DNA from: Sphyrna mokarran
Taxonomy: Eukaryota
Length of the DNA: 64,000 bases
Assembly (NCBI GenBank): GCA_024679065.1
Contig: JAGIQG010000004.1
Coordinates: 111,166,001 to 111,230,000 of the forward strand
Direction of reading: 5' to 3'
In this document: one piece after another, positions 60,830 through 64,000 of the stretch
How positions within the stretch are numbered: position 1 is the first letter of the stretch
How the letters are laid out: each line of letters starts with the position of its first letter
Made by a program: the position numbers and the translations under genes
Notes under the pieces: model-generated
Seen by the model: the letters and a program-made list of their open reading frames with translations, nothing else
The model's database searches: none
Told to the model about the DNA's origin: nothing

Positions 60830-61015
60830 ATTATGTCGTTCTTAGGAAAGGATAGAGGTTGAAGTGGTTGTTCTCAGTGAGGTTTTTGTTTTCTGACTCT
60901 TGTGGAATTTTGCATCCACATTGTCATTTGTGGCCATGGAGGAAACGGGCACAAAATCCCAGCCTGTGAATGCTTTCATTTGCTGTGTCCGCTTTCTCCT
61001 TGGTCCTTTCACATT

Positions 61016-61358
61016 CGTGATGTAGAGATGCCGGTGTTGGACTGGGGTAAACTCAGTAAGAGGTCTGACAACACCAATTTTAAATCCAACCGATTTATTT
61101 GATAGTAAACTTGCAAGCTTTCGGCCTTTGGAGCCTTTGTCAGGCGAACGAGGTATTCTGGTCTGCAATAGCACACATATCAGCACAGACAGTTTACAGA
61201 TTGCTGATTAGCTGTTCCCTGTCTGTGCTGATATGTGTGCTATTGCAGACCAGAACACCTCATTCGCCTGACGAAGACTACAAAGGCCAGAAGCTTCCAA
61301 GTTTACTATCAAATAAATTGGTTGGATTTAAAAATGGTGTTGTCAGACCTCTTACTGA
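61016..61358. mobile_element. Palindromic Penelope pLTR pair (arms 61053-61192 and 61219-61358)
   Basis: The arms are reverse complements with the inner 37 bp perfect. Each arm carries a hammerhead-like motif. The left arm alone continues into the pLTR 3' extension shared with 4343-4380. Confidence 0.9.
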
Positions 61359-62434
61359 CCTTTCACATTCAGCAGCAATGTTCAAGTCCTCCTCAACGTT
61401 ATTTACAGGCAGGACGGAAGCTGTTACCATTAAGCAAAAAGGAAACTCTTCCCATTCTTGGCCTACAATTCAAGTGCTATAATAAACCCTGGGATACTAA
61501 AACAGAGTTTAAAAAGCTGGTGGCACTTGCTGAAAAATCAGGCTGGCTTTTAGCAGCTTTGTAAGGGTGGGTAGCAAGCAAGCGTCATATAAAATAGTGT
61601 GGGAAGCTAGAAGGGTGGAGGGCAATAGGAAGGGAGGTGGAGGATGGACCTCCCAGTCATGGGCCAGTTGCATCACTTATGCAGATACTCAAAGGCCTCT
61701 TCCCACCAATCGCTGGCATTTTGTCGGTGATAAGTGGGCCTCTGCCATGTGGGCAGATGGCCTGGTGAATCCTGCCACCCTCCAAGTGGGTTTAATAGAG
61801 TTGGAGAGCAGAAAGAATCCTATTCAGGCACTCTGTGGTCTAAAGAGGGGCTTACAGAGGAAATGGGCACTAGACCCCACTGGCATCACCCTACCTCCCA
61901 TTTTCACCAGCCATGCCTCCCCTTGCCAGGCCTGCCTGAATGGCAACACAGACTACCCAGTATCCTCGTAACTCGGTGTAGTCCCAGAGGAGACCACCTC
62001 TCCTGGTGGCGCTGCTCAGACTGAAGAGCTCTCTGATTCGTTCACAACTTTCTGAGGCGGGAGTCTGACTTTTATAGGGATGGCTTGAAGGGCCTAAAAT
62101 GTAATTCAGGGGGCTCAAATCGGTCATGGTCAGGATGCCTCTGAGTCTGTGGCTTATTGTGGTGGCCTCTGCTCCTTGGACTAAGTTGGATGTTGTAGTG
62201 TTACATCTCAAAGCAACACTGTCATTTTACAAGTGGTTGAACTTGATCCAGAGTGATGAAAGTGCAGCAGTGTGGATTAGATGTAAGTGAATGTCAAAGG
62301 CCTGAGCATTCAGATTTCCTAAGTTGAGTGCATTTTGGAAGCAGACTGTTCACATATAAATCTGGCATGACAGCCTTTTGAGCTGCTTGTTCAGTGCTCT
62401 CAGACATAAAGTATTGGCAAAAAATTTTATGTTT

Positions 62435-62620
62435 TTGGCACTCTAACCTTGCCATTCCAGAGACTTGAGTAGAAAAATTTAGGCTGACACTCTCGTCTAC
62501 TACTGACAGAGGGTTAGACTGTCAGGGGTCTATCTTGCAAATAAGGCTCCATTTAACCTCTCAGCTTGGCACAAACTGGGTACTTTTCCAGATCCCATGA
62601 AGGATGGTTTAATGAAGGAT
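62435..62620 (+). mobile_element. Deu/SacSINE1-like SINE fragment
   Basis: CCAGAGACTTGAG…TAGGCTGACACTC…TACTGA…GATCCCATG. Confidence 0.6.
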
Positions 62621-62624
62621 TTTA

Positions 62625-62930
62625 TTTAAAGTTTATTTTATCAGTGTCACAAGTCAGCTTACATTAACAGCGCATTGAAGTTACTGTGAAAATCCCCCAG
62701 TTGTTAGCATTCTGGTGCCTGTTCAGGTATATTGAGGGAGAATTTAGCACAACCAATGCACCTAACCAGCACATCTTTTGGAATGTGGAGAAAAACCGGA
62801 GAACTCAGAGGAAACTCTTGCAGACAGAGAAAGAACGTGCAGACTCCACACAGACAATGACCCAAGCGGGGAATTGAACTCAGATACCTAGCGCTGCAAG
62901 GCAGTAGTGCTAACCACTGTGCCACAGTGG
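62625..62930 (-). mobile_element. V-type SINE, type B tail
   Basis: Full-length reverse-complement copy. Confidence 0.88.
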
Positions 62931-63466
62931 CTGAGGAAGTAGTGGAAAATCCCATTGGGACAGTTCCTCAATGTTTTCCCGCCACGAGCAATTCCCGGGG
63001 TAAACTGTAAATGGAATCAGCAATCTGATTGCTAGAGATGGACAGCAATCAAACATAATTCAAAGCCACAATTAGCAGCCATCTTTGATGATGGAGGCAA
63101 GTTTGTCAGCTTTCCATAGGCCTTCACCCTGCCCCCCAGTCCGGGTGCCTTAGAAACATGGTTATGATAATGGGGCACATAACTTAATGCTCGCCCTGCT
63201 GCACAATTCACCAGGAAAACACCACCTATATATAATTAATGGACTGAACATTGCACAATTTGGCAGGTTTGCCCACTAGGGTCTACCACAGGAACTCCTC
63301 CATCATAGGATTTAGGCCTGTAGTGGAAAATTCCAGTCATTATATTTTACTGAGACAAAATGATCCTGCTCATCTGTGTGCCATTGACTTAAATTTCCTA
63401 TTGGAGCTCATGTTAAAAACAGGCTGAAGACACAAATGAAGGATTTCATTAAATAGAATTTTAGGC

Positions 63467-63989
63467 AGGGCAGCACAATGGTTAGCACTGCTGCTTCATA
63501 CATCCAGGGACCCAGGTTCAATTCTCGGCACGGTCTGTATGTTTTTGTGTCAGTGTGGGTTTTCTCCAGAAGGCTATTGGACCCCATTATGTGCGTCCAC
63601 TCTTTATAGAAAAAATCACTTAGTGCCATTCTCCGATCTTCTCTCCATAGCCAAGCACATTCTCCCTTTTCAGATAACACAGTTTGTTGCAATGGTGGCA
63701 CAATGGTTAGTATTGCTGCCTCACAGCCAAGGACCCGGGTTCGATTCCCAGCTCGGGTCACTGTCTATGTGGGGTTTGCACATTCTCCCCATCTCTACAT
63801 GGGTTTCCTTCGGGTGCTCCAGTTTCCTTCCACAATCCAAAAGATGTGCTGGTTAGCATGAATTGGCCTGCTACATTTTCCTTCAGTGTACCTGAACAGG
63901 CTCTGGAATGTGGAGACTGGGGGATTTTCACAGTAACTTCATTGCAGTGTTAATGCAAGCCTACTTGTGATACTAATAAATAAACTTTT
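63467..63989 (+). mobile_element. Two V-type SINEs: truncated (63467-63590) and full type B (63692-63989)
   Basis: B boxes GGTTCAATTCT and GGTTCGATTCC. The second copy ends TTTTCACAGTAACTTCATTGCAGTGTTAATGCAAGCCTACTTGTGATACTAATAAATAAACTTT. Confidence 0.9.
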
Positions 63990-64000
63990 CCATTTAAAAT

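Noticed and set aside
59216-62211. GC-rich ORFs of 100-150 aa (59216-59665, 61567-61971, 61891-62211)
   Set aside because: No domain motifs. They lie in GC-rich DNA-transposon-like remnants where stop codons are rare.
63692-63760. tRNA gene (A and B boxes present)
   Set aside because: It continues into the V-core and LINE tail, so it is a SINE head like the other copies.

Overview
Repeat-dense, apparently intergenic or intronic window from a vertebrate genome. It is very likely an elasmobranch (shark), inferred from HE1-type tRNA/V-SINEs, CR1/HER1-type LINEs and shark-type Penelope pLTRs. I recognise no host protein-coding exon, tRNA or rRNA gene, and there is a 169-N gap at 3028-3196. The content is layered mobile DNA: young and old CR1 LINEs (one 347-aa RT fragment is still open), Rex1/Babar, L2 and Vingi/Ingi remnants, several SINE families, a decayed two-gene PIF/Harbinger transposon (31.4-36.3 kb) with a related non-autonomous copy and MITEs, a fragmented Gypsy element with nested insertions, and Penelope-like elements carrying minimal hammerhead-ribozyme motifs. 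Most notable: (1) a TSD-flanked, ORF1-less CR1-group LINE that starts with a tRNA-like Pol III head, whose head-plus-tail fusion matches a SINE found elsewhere in the window; (2) three local inverted duplications with 0.8-1.0 kb spacers, two of them copying element junctions; (3) a 140-bp-arm Penelope palindrome whose two hammerhead cores are damaged at different positions; (4) one SINE head carried on two different LINE tails. All family names come from motif recognition by eye, not from database searches, and boundaries are approximate.
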